Source: Podarcis pityusensis (Eukaryota). From it: a DNA stretch of 64,000 bases. The notes below the pieces were generated by a model that saw only the letters and a list, made by a program, of their open reading frames with translations, was not told the DNA's origin and did no database searches. Below, piece by piece: positions 24,501 to 39,500 of the stretch. A program made the translations under genes and the position numbers. How positions within the stretch are numbered: the stretch's first letter is position 1; each line of letters opens with the position of its first letter. The stretch lies in assembly GCA_964106645.2 (NCBI GenBank), contig OZ067045.1, one strand, 5' to 3'.

Positions 24501-27500
24501 TCAGTTACATGTATGGATTTGTGTGCCTTTGCAAACCAAACTTGTAGAGATAAGACACGGAAAGGTTTTGGCAAGATGCCCTGTCTCAGCTACCAAGGTG
24601 CTTGCCAGCAGGATGTGGCTGCCCAAAGGAGACCAAAGAAGAGCAACACCAGCAGAGGGAGAAAGAAGTGAGCTGTGTGATTGCACAGATGACCACTCAA
24701 AGAGCTACAGTTACAGATAAGCAACCCATCTTTCTTCTTCATGATCAGCGTGTGGTCCCACATATGGAGACTAGCAAGCTGTCTTACCTCAGGGTGGGAA
24801 AGGTACTGTCAGGAAAACAATATGTTATAAGTACAGTCCTTTCAATGACAGCATCCACTCAAACTTGCACATCAAAGGGGTAATCATTTCACAGAAAGCA
24901 AGGTCGCAAGGCTGTGAATGTAGTTACTTCCCATGTCAAATGTGAACAGATTACTGACAGGGACAGCAAGCAAGCTACTTTATGGAAAATCTGATAGTCA
25001 TGCAGACCTAGTAAGAAAGTTGTTGAGTTGGGATTTGGGTACAATATAAAAAGAACTAAGTTCCAGTTAAGATGAAACACCAAGACCACCTTCAGCAGGC
25101 AGGACAGATCAGATCAAGCTGTATCACAACAAAGGATCAAGTGCACATAATCTTGATCACTCTGACTGGAGTTGGAGAAAGAACTTGGGGGGGGGGAGAG
25201 TATTGGCAAGAGCAAGGCAGAAAGCATAGTAAGTTGGGCACAGCCACCCCAATAAGGAAAGAAAGAAGTTCCACGATGGGAGACTGCTGCATTGCAGAGA
25301 GGGTTATTGCCATGAATTCATGACAACTTGGGCAACAGTCAACAGCATGTTGATCCCCCAGGGACATTTCCTCCATCTATAGATAAAATATTAAACCCAT
25401 CTTCCCAGCATTTCTTGAAGAATGCTTGCTGTGCTATAGGTGTGAGAGGAGAAGAAACTGTGAGACAACTTAAAAAGAGGATACACTAGGAGAGAAGAAG
25501 AAAATAAAGCTGAAGCTTGGCAAAGCAAGGAAAAATAGGGCCAAGTTGTGGTATAAATGGGAGGAAGCAAGCTCCAAAAGCTGCTGCAGCAGTCAAAAAG
25601 GCACTGAGCAGGAAAGAACGAGGTCTGTGTCACCAAAATGTGGCACAGCTCTAAAGGGTTCTGAATGGTGTTTAGCTCAGGCATGTAACACATATGTGGG
25701 ACTGCATATAGACCAAGAATTTTAGTTGGAAAGGGCTGGTTTAGTTATGAGAACACATTTGTTCTTCATTAGCGATTATTCTGGAAGCCAGGAAAGCAAA
25801 TCTGAATGACTGCAGAATTAAAGTATCATTCATCCCTAGATTAGCGTATTGGACAGGATGCAACAAGCACTCACAGCATGCTGAATATTAATGTGCAGGT
25901 ACACTTTCAAACTTCAGGCAAAGCAAGAGATTAGAGATCATCTCTGTTCCACAGGCTCACAGTAAGGTGTTTGCAGGTAGCTATGATTATCAAAACATAA
26001 TGGCCTTGCAAACTGTAGACGTACGTTCTCGCTACTTAAGTCTTCCCTGCCCAGAAGAGTCCTTTTATCTATTCCTGACACCAAACACCAAGCATTCCAC
26101 ATTCAACTGGCCACCTAACCCCTTGTTGACCCTCTAAAAACCACCACCCTAATACCAATGCTAGCATATTTCTACATCTTTCTCCTATTTTCTGGCCATT
26201 GCCTCAGTTTGGTTTACTGAGAAATATTCAGCAGCAAGATTTGAAAGATGCTGCCTATTGCATGTGTCATCTTCATGATTCAAAGTAGTTTCTCAACCCC
26301 CACAACCCAGACACCCATAAGCTGAAAAAAATCACCAAAGGACACGAAAGGTACACTTTGAGTGAACGAGGGCTAACAGACAAATACAAGTAGCATAGAC
26401 TCAATGAGCTGGACAAAATCAATTTCTGGGCAAGATTTCAATGTCACTAAAAAGTGGCAGAGACTATGTACACAATGCCACTTTCCCATCAAACTGAGGG
26501 ACCCTTTCCTAGTCTAATATCACAAGCTTGGTCTTGAGGACAATTGTGAATAATTCTATGAAGTACTCACATGAAAGCTGTTCGTTCATGCAGCCTGATA
26601 AACCACTTGATCTGTGTTGGTTTAAACCTGAAATTACTTGGAACCTACAACTGTACAAGGTTAAGCTTTTGGCATCAGTAGCTGGGAGCACGATTAGCAT
26701 GGTAAAGCCAAGCAGGTTTTAATTTAGTCACCACAAGAATGGGAGACTGCCTGGAAGCCCAACATAAGCTGCTCCAAGATTCCTGGGAGAAAGGCTAGAT
26801 ATTGGGGAGGGCAAAGAAGGATCCTAAGAGACCGCTGCCAGCCCCCACCCTAGAGGGAAAACTCACATTTACCACACATTCACAGTCACACTTCACAATC
26901 AGACAACATTACCACTTACAAGGTTTCATCTTACTCTGCTGGAATGTAGGCTGGTTCAGTCCTGATGTACTCAGTTTTCTTGGCACAAATGGGTCATTAT
27001 TCACTGCAGGGAGGCCAAGGGCCCCAGTTCCTATGCCCAGACTACCTGTTGTAAGACCACCTACTGAGGAAAATAAAATTATCATTTCAGTTATGTTTAC
27101 AAATGCTGACAGACATTATAACTTGTTTGCTATTCCCACCCTGAATAGTGTCAACATGGTACTTCCATTCGGCCCACTGAAATTAATTCACAGAACTAAT
27201 ATCACGTCCACTGGTTTCAATGGGTTTACACTGAGTATACTAAGTTGGATACAATTTGAAGTGCTTGCCCCCAGCTGGAATTATAGGAAAAGCAGCCACA
27301 TTCCTCCCATGAGTACCAGCCCCTTTACACAAAAGTACCTGGAAGCTGTGAAGAGAGTCCGCCAATCCCACTAAAAGGTGTATTCTGGTTTTGTGTGGAA
27401 AGCGGTGGAAATGCTTTTGCTGGTGACTGTGGAGTACTAAAAGCAGAACTCAAGTTTGGAGGAAAACCTGGCATACTCTGTGTGTGTGGAACTGCTGAAC

Positions 27501-30500
27501 CACCTAGGCTGAGAGATGCCATCCCAGCAGCAAGTGGATCAATCTGAGGATAAAATCAATATTCAAAGAGACAAGGGGTTATTTTCTATATCAATCAATA
27601 TTCATTCAGATCAGCCTTGCCAAAATCAGTTAAGACCACACATCAACTCCTTACACTTTGGGTCTACTCTTACAAACCCGTTAGGCATCCTCCACCTTCA
27701 AAATGCATGAAATGCAAGGTATTTCTGTATAACCTTTTAAAACTAAACATCATATTGTGGTTTTGGGGGTTGGGCGGCACAGAAATAGTTTGTTCTGGAG
27801 CCCAAACAACCACTTAGCTTTAAGAGCTAACTTTTACAAAAAGCTCTGTGAAACTTATAGAAGAAAGCTTAGAATCCTCACTGTTTGCTTGTTAGTATCA
27901 CACACTTTCTTTTCATTAATGAAAAGCTGCTCAATTTATCTTTAGTCTGCAGAATGGTGCCAAATTAAATCTTTAGAAAGTAAATCATGAAAGGTTATTA
28001 TATCTACCACTGAATATAGTTACTAGAACCAGGTCTTCCTCCCTATTAAACCTGGAAGCAGAAGTGACAGTGTGTGGTGTCTAATATGTACTAATATGTA
28101 CCTTGTTTTTAAAAGAGCAGCTCAGCTGAGAACTGAGGAGCCCCAGTTATAACAAGTCTTTATAATCTAGCACCATTGCTTGACCCAAGAAGCCATGAAA
28201 AAGACATGTCAGGTTCAAAGATGGTGCTAAAACTGCAAGGTTTCAATTAATATGTTTGAATTACATTTGATTATGAATAAAAAACTAAGTTTAGAGACAT
28301 ATAAAAAGGCACCTCCTCCCATTATTATGCTACTTTAGCTTCTTTCAGCATCCACATACCTGTACAGGAGAGATGGCATCTAGGCTACTAGCACTTGGTG
28401 GACGTCCTTTGGGCATAACTCCAGGTGGTGGCTGCCTGGCTTTGTTCATGACATTGCTGCAGTTGGCTACCATGGTTAGAATAGTTTCTGACAGCTCTTG
28501 AGACACACTTCTAATGGGAGAAGAAATGATTTTTACTTGCCAATAAAACTCCCCCTTTTATCTAGGTGCTAAGAGAGCTGTCTTTAGAACTAGGATAGCA
28601 CTAGCACTGCCTGGAACACAATGTCCCAACTAGACCAGAGGAAAGAGCTCCCCAACCTCCCAAGACCAGAAAAACTATCACCTGGCTTGTTTCAACTGAT
28701 CAGCCAATATATATATATTGACCCCTTATTTAACTGAAGGACAAACTTGCCAACCAACTAACAAGGTATTACAAACTCCAGAGACAAGTGACAAATAGCC
28801 CTGCGGGGTTATCTCCAACTCTTCTACATATGCTTTTAAGTACAACCTAAACATACAAAATCCTACCCATTACACAGCACTGCACCTTGGCAAAGGCAAA
28901 ACTCTCTGTCCAAAGGCTGCATTTGCCAAAGCCCAGACTTTATACTTCCTAATAATGGCCCCAATGTAACTAAAATGACTTACACAGGATTTATTTAGTA
29001 CTTTTCCAAAATGCTCAAAGCACTTCCCAAACAGACACAGCAGAAACTTTACACCAACCTTGTCAGATAGGCCAGTGCTACAGAGGATCTGGAGGATGAG
29101 AAGGTGGCTGAGAAATGGCAGCTCACAAAGGCCACCTAGTGAGCTCATAGCCAAGTTCCCAGTTTGTAAATTCACCTTCTTAACCACTATTTATGAGACT
29201 GACACCCTATCCCAGAAGATATTATATGCTTACCCAGCACAAGCCTGCAGGCAAGCCAGCATAGTTGCCAGTGTCTCTGGAGGAAGTTGAGCACTTTTGG
29301 GCTGGTCTTTCTCTGGGGCAAGGCCACCTAAGATAGAGGGGCACCTTCTCTTTAGGAAAGTCATACAGGCTTGGATGAAAGGCTCCTAGGGAAGGAAAAG
29401 TGCAAATTTCAGTGGGACACACACACTTAACAATAGTTCAAGAATGTTAACAAAATTATGATATAGAAAATACTGGGCATTAGTTCAACATTATCACTCA
29501 AGAGTGCATGCTGAAAGCAATTTTTATAAACTGCAGGGAAACATTTTTTTAAAAAAGAAGTGACTGTTACCACCAAAAAAGTTGCAAAAATAATTAAGAA
29601 AATCCTGCTTTACCCCATGCTCCCGAATTTTATCTGTGAGCCATTTGTCTAGTTTGAGGTATTCCCGTCGAGAGGCAAGTGCAGCAAGGTCAATAACAAA
29701 GGCAAATGGAGTACCATTTAGCAGCATTGACAACGCCTAAAGAAAGAGAGTTAGAAAACTGCTAGTCAAAGTATCAGGCTACGCTTCCCTCAGATTTAGC
29801 CTACACACATACACCCTCCCCCACCATATCTATATATTATTCAGTTCCCAACATTTTTTTCTGTCACACAGAACATGACAGAGACGGCAGCCAGCAAAGC
29901 AGCTTCCAAGGTGGGAATTCCTCTTCCTGGGAGAAGAATACACTGGACACATTGCTTTTCCCTCCAACCTAAGAATTTGAGGGGGGGGGGTGTGGAAGAC
30001 CACAGGCAAGGCAAAGCCACTGAGGGTGGAAGGCTTCACAGCAAAGTGACATAAGTAATTCTTCTCTCCCTATTTTCTGATCTATAGGTGGCAGGCACCC
30101 TGTTGATAGTAATCCTCACCACCCTCATGGCCATTAAAGCTGGGTGGGCTGTGCGCATTATCCACAAGTGGGACTGCTCACTCTTCCCTCCTTCAGCAGT
30201 TATGGCTCTTTCTATGTTTGGGTGGAACAGGCCTAGAAACTGCCTGTGCAAGACTGGAGGAAGACCGGAGAACCAACCCCTACCTCACCACCTGGCTGCT
30301 TGGGGGAGCAGCTTTTATGGGTGGTTTGAGCTCCTATCACTGCTGGAAACCCAACATTATCCTGCCCATTAAATTTCAGAGGAATATACACTATACATGA
30401 CTTCTACTCATTTCAATTGCAAGGGCTCTTGTACAAACTCCAAGGAAAAAGAGGTTGCATACCCATGGAGCTTGAGGCAATACACTGATACCTTCTGGTG

Positions 30501-33500
30501 ACAATACACCTTGCTTGAAATAAGCAAGTAATTATGGGCCTTCAGTAGTGCTGAACCAAACTTAACCAGATTGCCACCCTGGGCTCCTTTGGGAGAGTTA
30601 TAACATGAATGCTGACCCAGTAGTGTCTAGTAAAAGCTATAGAGTTATGATATTCAATGCCACCAAAATCTCGCATACTTTCTTGATGAAGAGGAAAGAC
30701 AAACATACAACAGCAGTGACACTTTGCAAGTTTTTAAGAGTCTCTGGAGTTGCTCTAATGCAAGATCGTAAAAACAAAAAAGAAAACTACAGCTCAGGAT
30801 CTTAGTAACTCTGCAGATGGAAAAAATTACTTTAGCAAGTCACAAATTTAGCAACACAGCTTCATATTAAGTGAAGAGATGAGTGTCTCTTCCTACACAT
30901 AACCTCTTCCTGTCCTTAGGATAAACATGTCCTCTGATGTGATACTTATTTTCCTCCACTCCCAAACCCTGCATCTCACACAACCCCAACACTAAAGTCA
31001 AAGCACTTTCCACAGAATTAAAATATAGAATCAAACTCACCTTCAAGTCTTGGGCCACGTCTAGAATACGTGATAATTTTGCTTGGTCGTACTGTTCCCC
31101 TCGCATGTACCATTCTGCCATAGCATGCATGATGAGCTGGCGAATTGAAGGAGACTGGCCCTAAGGAAACATCGGCTGAATTTCAGATTACTACATAAAT
31201 TATCTAGCTGTTAAAGAGCAATTAAACCGGCACATGGCAAGTCCCTTGCTGCTCTGGAACACTGAAATCACAGGTTCCAATTCAATGAAAACAAAAGTAG
31301 CAGGTGGAAGAGGGTTTCAGCTTATTTCTCCCCCCCCCCCTTTCTAGGTACCTTGCTCCTCCAACCCTTTAGCCTCCACAACTTGCCCCTACCATACAGC
31401 CAGATTGGCCCCTGTGCTTTGCTCCACCAGCAAATGTGATGGAGCCTTATTACAATAACAAATCAAAACACCAAGCCATTTTCCTCTTTACTGACTTAAC
31501 TTTCAGGAATAACAACGGAGATGCCAAAGATTGGCTCCACTTTTAACACATTTATGCTCCATCTCTCCATAAAGGCACAAAAGAACAATTAAGTGGCTGA
31601 TGCATAATAGCATAGCAATTTATTTCCATGGTCAGGTAGGCAAGGTATATTATTTCCTGAGGTTATAGAACTGCAGCAGGTCATACTGCATATAAATGCA
31701 GGGTCTGTAACAATTAAACTTGGCAGGGGGAAAAAGGCAATAGCACATGTGTGCTGTCTCTCCAAGACAGAATGCATATGCAACTGCTGCATGAAGCAAC
31801 TTTTAACTAGGGAAAGGAGAGGGACAGGGACAGGGGGTTGCTACTGCCAGTCTCTACCTCAGTGTGTTTATTCCAATCCAGCTGTGTTACAGGCCACCCA
31901 AACACTAATATAGGACTGACCCCTCTCTGTTCCTGGGGCATATTAAAATGAGGGATATCTGGAAGTCATAAGTATATTCATACTGAGGTCAAGCTGTCTG
32001 GATAGCTTCACAGTTGAAAAATAGTACAGGTACATAACAAAAATCACCTCACACCCAGGACAACTCTCATGGAGCAAAGAACAATCAAATTTCTATCCCA
32101 CCCTTCTTTCAGGAGCATAACACAGTGGCAAGTTTAAACTCTGTTGTCAAAACAAAACCATTGTAATGCCCTTACCTGCCCATGCCATGCATAATGCAGG
32201 ATGATGGCAGAGTTGGGATGGTTGCCAAGAAAAATGGGCATAAGTGTGGAGATGAGTTCATGCCGCAAAGTATGCCAGGAAGTGTTGATCTGTAGTAATG
32301 CCAATACCAACATATCTGGACAGTGCTTGATAGGGAAGCTGAAGAGCTGCTTAACTTGCTCATACTGGCCAACCTCTGCCAACCGCAACAGGGACTCAAT
32401 CAAGTCCAGGCTCTTCCTAACAAATAAGGGGGGGAAATGCAATATTGTGAATCAGTTGACAGGATTCTGGCTTGATGTCTGTTACACCAAGCTAACATGG
32501 GTATCAAATGATGTAATTCTAAATTCTGTTACGCTCGACAATATTTGAAATAACCAAACTTGGGGAAATAGATATCAAAGTCAACTTCCATCAAGAAGCA
32601 TGCAGAGTGGTCAGAACAGTCCAAAGGCCTGCCTAGAAATCAAGATCCAACCTTCACAAACCAGACCACAGCAAAAATATAATCAGTGTTTAGTTCATAG
32701 CAGCTTAATACACATGGTTAATTTAACATGTTGCTCTCATTATCTATGCAACTATTTACAGACTAGCAAATGCAGCCAGTGTCTGGGGGAGACCCCTCTG
32801 CTGAACTAATGGGCCATCCCTGTTGCACACACATCCTCTCAAGATTGAAGCACTTAGTGACTCAAAACCTTCTTACCAAAAGGCTGTCAGAAAAGCAAGA
32901 AAGGGATATCAACCATGAATACTCTGGCTCATCATTTCAGAATGCTGAAGCAGCTGTATTCCCAAGAAAAATAATACTGTTTACCATGTGGCAATTTCTC
33001 GATTGTCATCCTCGGGAGGGGCTTTCAAAATATCCGTGGCAACAGTATGACAGGGGTAGTCAGCAAAACAGAAGATCTCTGGATTAATGAGGGAATGCTG
33101 GATGAATGAGAGCTGCAACAAAATTACATCACTGTAAGAGTCATTTCATATCTACATTCATGTTACACTGTCTTGATGCACTTCCTCCTAAGCAATCACC
33201 ACCCTTCCCTCTCACACTTATGCTATTATGATTGCTTTTCCAAATAACTTTCTGAAAGTTCTAAGATTCAGTCTTCTATAGTCTGATCGCTACCTGTTAC
33301 AGTAATTGCAGTGTATTAAAGGATGTATCACATCTTGATAGCAACTGTTGTCTTAGTGAGCCCCAAAGCCAAAATTCAACAAAAAACTGAAAGAACATTT
33401 TTTAAGGTTCTATGGTAATTATGAGCTCCCGTTGCTCGGTCCCTGCTCCTGCGAACCTAGCAGTTTGAAAGCACGAAGTGCAAGTAAATAAATAGGTAAC

Positions 33501-36500
33501 ACTCTGGCGGGAAGGTAAATGGTGTTTCTGTGTGCTGCTCTGGTACACCAGAAGCGGCTTAGTCATGCTGGCTACATGACCCGGAAGCTGTATGCCAGCT
33601 CCCTTGGCCAGCAAAGCGAGATGAGCACCGCAACCCCAGTCGTCCACGACTGGACCTAATGGTCAGGGGTCCCTCTACCTTTTTAACCAAAGTGGCGGTA
33701 GTGAGTGAGAAAGAAAGCATGAAAAAAAACTTCTCCTTGATTTTTACCTGTCCTTCTGCATGTTTCCAAGGTCTGTATATGAGATCAACTGGGAAGACGT
33801 CTAGCCCTAGCCCTCTCTGGACACCATACACCACAATCTGTAAGCCTTTGCTATCACGAATTTGAAATCCAGGGTGGTCAAGTTCATAGGTTACTTCCTT
33901 GAAGTTCAAATTTGGGTTCTGCAAAGAGTAAAACAAATAGTGGTGCAACTTATGGAGGCAAAAATAAAGAGGATGCTTTCACATTTCTCCTTATACAACT
34001 TAGAAACAATTCGTAAGATATGAAGCAGGCCATTAGCTCATCTAGCTCTAGCTCATATATTGACTGCTACTTTTGACAACAGCTCAACCACAGAGGGGAA
34101 ATGGGGTGTTCCTGATTCCCTTTACCCATTTTTAAAGCAAAGTTGCCAATGATTGAATCTCAGGCTTCCAACATGCAAAACATGAACTCTAGCACATTCC
34201 CCATAGTAAGTCTGTGAATATAACTCTGCAGTTAATTTTTCCTTTAATATGGTTCATGTGAATTGTCAAAATGATGAATAGTCATTATATATTTTAAGTC
34301 AGTCATTAAAAAAATTAGTAATCATGTAAAAATTGGTCCCACAAGCATTCAAGAGTCCTTATACGCATTATGCAGAATGAGGTGTTTATATTTTCCCCCA
34401 CACAGAAATGTCTATCAATCTTTCTAGTCCCTATGCACCACTCAGAGCAGTTTACAGCATTTTAAAAACAGGGTACTACATAGAAAATATATTTTAAAAA
34501 CACTAAATACAACAGAGGATAAGTGTCTCTTAAATGAACTAAAACACTGCTAAATACTTGCTAAGGATTTGTCACCAGTAAAGAACAAATAAAGGTGTGC
34601 TTTAATGATACCATATCTCTAATCAGCACCACTTGCAAAGTCCTGATCAAAGCAGAATAAATCTTACATCATTTGCAATGTAAGCATGGAGCCAAACAAG
34701 GGGACACTGCACTAATGCTAATCATGCATAGGAATAGCTGTTCAGAATACACCTGCTATGTCATTCTCAGTTGACCTTTGAGAAAATAGTGACTTGCCAG
34801 TTCATCAGGTACCTAGTTACAGTGATGACAATCTAGTACCAAATGAACCTCTCTCTGGTTATAATCATCTCTCGTTAAAATCATGTTTGCTTGTCTTCTC
34901 CAATAGCCACACATACAGTATACAGAGCTTGCCTGTTAATACTGTTGATCAGTTTTTCTAAGTTTAACCTACATGTTTTACAACCAAATGCAGCAGAACC
35001 CACCATTCAGCATTTCCAGCTATACACACATGGCAAAATATACACATGCTCAAACATAACCAAACATATGCAGTTTCTTTCACAGAAGTGACATCCTTAC
35101 AGGAAATCTATCATACATGAAACAGCCCTTAAGTTTCTGGCATTCAGTTTTTCCTCAAAAGGTCAGATTGTGATCAACATACCAGCTCTTTAAGCACGTC
35201 AATCAGAACCTCCACATTCCAGGTATGGGACTGTGTTCCATCATTTTTATCTCTTCCATCACTCCAAATTCCACTTCCAGGAGCAGAGATGGACTGTAAA
35301 TTAAGCATGTAGGTTTAGAATTCCTGTGACGTCGGTTGTGTAGATGGATTTAGTAGATCAAGAAATAAGATCAAGTGACAGAGTGGAGTTTGAATTTTAC
35401 GATTGCAACACATTTATTACTGCAGATCAGCAATACTTAAACTGTCTTCTATAATGCACTGTCAGCATGTCCCTTAACAATAAAATAGAGGGAAAGGCTT
35501 TATGAGCAAACAGTAATAAACAGAATTAAAAACAAAACCCCTTTTTTGTGAACATTGGACAAAAAGCAGGAGCATGGAGTACTATTATGATTGTCTCTCC
35601 TGAGGAACGGAGCAACCAGGCAGGGGCACATGTTAAGGGAGACTTAGATAATCTGACCCAAGTTCTTCCACAATCCCTTAAACTTGGCTCAGTAGTATAC
35701 CAGAAGCCAGTGCAGTCCTTTCAGCAACGGTGTTGTCAAAATTATTCTCCCTCCTGCAACCTTGTTACAGCATTCTGCACCAGCTGCAACTTCCAGACAT
35801 GCCTTAAGAAAAGCCACAAGCAGGGCACACTGCAGCAATCCAATTGGCTGGTGTATGAACTATCATAGTCAATCTATCATAATCCAGGAACGACCACAAC
35901 TGTCATATCAAAAGAAGCTGGCAGAAGGCACTCCTATCCACTGAAGCCTCTTGAGCCTTGAGTAACAATGGATTTAGTGCAGCCCCACCCTACTAACCTA
36001 TTTCCTGCCCACCCGGAGAACCTCCATCTTTCAAGTTCAGTTTATTGGCCACCCTCTAGCCCATCACTGCACCCAGGCACCAGTTCATTTGCACAGCCAC
36101 ACTGAATTAAGATGGTACAGGGAAACAGAGCTGGATATTATGACACAGCACTTCCACCACCAGCAGGTTACACAGAGCTGTTAAACAGCATTTGGCATAA
36201 AATGCTGAAGTGCTGGAAGTCATTGAACCTTTCAGTCATGCTTGTTGCTCAAGATCATAGGAATTAAGCGGCTCCAAAATCTTCTGTGTAAACACCATTC
36301 AGTAGTTCTGTTTAAGTTATATTCAGTTACAACACCTCTCAACACAGAGGACACTCACCTGCAAAGGAATGCCGTCTGCCAATCCTGAGTGTGTTCGAGC
36401 CATCATTCCCAAAACCCTGGCAACCTGGGCAGCAGTGACCTCTCCCACACCAAACTGTGTGATGATGTTGCGACATTCCTCCACACTAAAAAGGTAAGTC

Positions 36501-39500
36501 ACAATGACCTCCACAAAACTTAGTATATAATTGTTTTCTATCAAGTATGTCTATTTTAAGGAGTATTACTGATACTCAAGTCAGTACATTAAGCTGGACT
36601 AGGGTGGAATCTATGTGCATATAAAAACCATTCTGAAAATACTTTTTAAAAAAGCTTTTTAAAAAATACATAGAATTTTCCATAAGCCTCACCATCGCCG
36701 CCTAGTGTGACATGGTATATTGCACTTAAAACACACTAAACGTTTTACTTGCAGCTGTATAGCTGTCCTGCAACCTCCAACAGCCTTCTCAACTGACATA
36801 ACTTGCCCTTTCATTTCAATGGGGCTATTCAAAGTATGACTTAAGAGTCAGGACATCAACTCCAAATTTCAGTTAATTTATCTACGTACCTTGTACAAAA
36901 GCCATAGCCAACTTCCTGCATGAAGTCTGCAAGAGAGCTCTCCATCATTGTTTTTGCTATCCCTCCAGAATCAGGCAGGATCCTGTCCATTAGAATGTCC
37001 CGTTTTTCAGGGTATAGGAGTGGTGCAAGCACCACAGGGCAACGTTCCTGGGGAAAATCTGAGATCCCAGAGTATTTTAGCATTTCAGAAGGACCAATGA
37101 CCAACACAGAACCCCAATAATCATTTGTTTCATATTGTGAAAATCATGTTATGACCAAAGAAGTTTTGAATAAAAAGGTGTTTATGATCACTGTCTTGGA
37201 ATTCAGAGACACAGAAAGCAATTTATTTTATACCCCAACTTTTGGCCTACTTACTGTCTTACTTTGACATTACAGCTATTTAGATACTATATGACCTTAG
37301 TTGCATACCATGGTAAGTCATACTTAATGCTTTACCATGAACATGTCTCGCTTGGCCCCTCTGCTCCTTCCCACACATGCTGGGAGGAAGCAAACAATTA
37401 TCCCAGGGCTTAATATTATGACCAAACCAGCAATTATGGTTCACTTTGCTCTCAACAAGTCATGATTATAGCCCATTAAGGTGTGTGCACAGTAAACTGC
37501 GGTTTACTATGTTGTGCAAACTGGGCCTCACAGTACTGCCTCCATTACATCCTCTGGATTGTCACAGCAACATTCCAAAGCACCTTGAAACTGCCACAAG
37601 TTTAGACAGGAAAGGGAAGGGGAAGGCTAAGATAGTAGGGCCAGAGAAGCCCAGGCCAAAATTTCAGAGGGGTGGAAAGCATCACTTTATATCCAAGCCC
37701 CATCCCATTTCTAAATGGAGTGGCAACAATAATACCCTTGGTGGTTCTAAAGTTGTGATAGCCAAACTTCTACCAATTATAGTATCTGAAAGACATACTG
37801 TGCAGACAATCCTATAAGGATCTGCATTAAGATAATCGTTTCAGGATCCTCATTTCTTTTCTAGATTACCACCCAAATGTTTACCCCCCACAAAAATTTA
37901 TTCCTTTTAGAAATGGGTTTCAAATAGATGTATCAAATACAATACTTGCCTCTACGTAATGTTTTGAGAAAAGCGTCAATCTGTTCCTGTCCAACCCCAA
38001 AGGCTCCCTTCTGTCCAAAAAGAAGATGGGATAGGAGGAGGTGCAAGACCTCTATTGCAATATCTTGGAAGCCACCTTCTTGATTTCCACTGACGTCTGC
38101 GTCAATGTATGAACGCAGAAGATCAGGAAGTTTCTGTTTAATAAACTGAGCAGCTTTTAAAGAGAGAGAGAGAGAGAAACCGAAAGCAGTTAACTAAATT
38201 GCTTTTTTAAAAAGTTTATGCATATGCTCTTCTGGTTTATCAACAGCACTTGCCAACTGCTCTGATCGTCACACAATAAGTGTGACAGTATATAGACAGT
38301 TGCATACTAGAACAACCAGTCAGAATAACTCAGCGCCACCCTGCCTTGGAATGCAACCTCACTTGATGCCACCTTGCATTTCCTTACACTGTTTGGTACA
38401 AGCACAAGAAAGCAGGAGTGGAAGCTGGTACTTCTCCGGGCATACATGCTTGGCTTTTTCACCAATTTCACTTTTTCCTGCTTAGGTTGCACCTAAAACC
38501 TGCCCGCCCTATCATGACTCTACTCAAATTCTAATGGTGACCCAGCTATAACTTCTATTACACCCTAAGAATTTTTACTTCCAAATATACTTCAAACGGG
38601 ACTAACAAGTGGTTCTAGGAAACTCAGATTAATGGAAAAATTGTTGCCTGTAGTTACCTCATTTAATTAAGAAAGAAGGGAATATTTTGGATCAGTGACC
38701 CGCAGATCAACTCCTTTCAGAGTCCAGGTCGATAGAACTGACATAAGGAAGCAGATTTCATATTTCTTAATTACCTCTTAAGATTTTTTGGGTGGGTGTG
38801 TTGTATTAGATTTATATTGTGAGCTCAGAGCAGTTTACATATGGTTCCCATGTTGTCTTCCCTTTCTGGAAGGGCTCAAGGAGAGCTGTATCTTATGTCT
38901 TCAGAACACTCTATTAGCCACAAAGATCAGGCAAGATTTTCAAGATCTGGGGTGTTTCCCCCCTCCCTCCAAACATCAGCGGAGGCAACTACAAGGATGA
39001 TCCTTGAATGAGTTAACTGGACCTTGCGCTGTGGTCCCTTCTGGCCCTTGGATTCTACAACTTAAGCAACTAGATCCAGGAGAAGGATGAAAACTAAAGT
39101 CTCTTATAGACAACTCAGGAAACAGATTATACTAAAAATGAAGTAAAATCTGGTATGTGTGTCTATAATACTATACAAATTTATCTTACCAAAACCTCGT
39201 AGATCTGGGTTGAAGGAGTTTAGCAAAGCAAGGCCAAAAATAACCTACAAATAGAAGAAAGAACTGCATTATCACCTATCACATACATAGTCCAGCTGTC
39301 TGGCAACTAGACTGGCAAAGACAAACACCAGGGCTGAACTCTACTTTCCTCCCCACAACTTTCCTCATCCCACTGAGAGTTAAAAAAACCCCCACCAAGG
39401 ATGCCCATGAGGTGGATTAGGATTTGGAGGGTGACGTTGCTGTCAGTGCTGCTACTCTAAAGCAAGATGGACAGGAAATCATTGTGACTAATGCCCCACC

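Noticed and set aside
26802-27374. 190-aa plus-strand ORF
   Set aside because: Antisense shadow of CNOT1 exons 18-19; non-ATG start and no recognisable protein.
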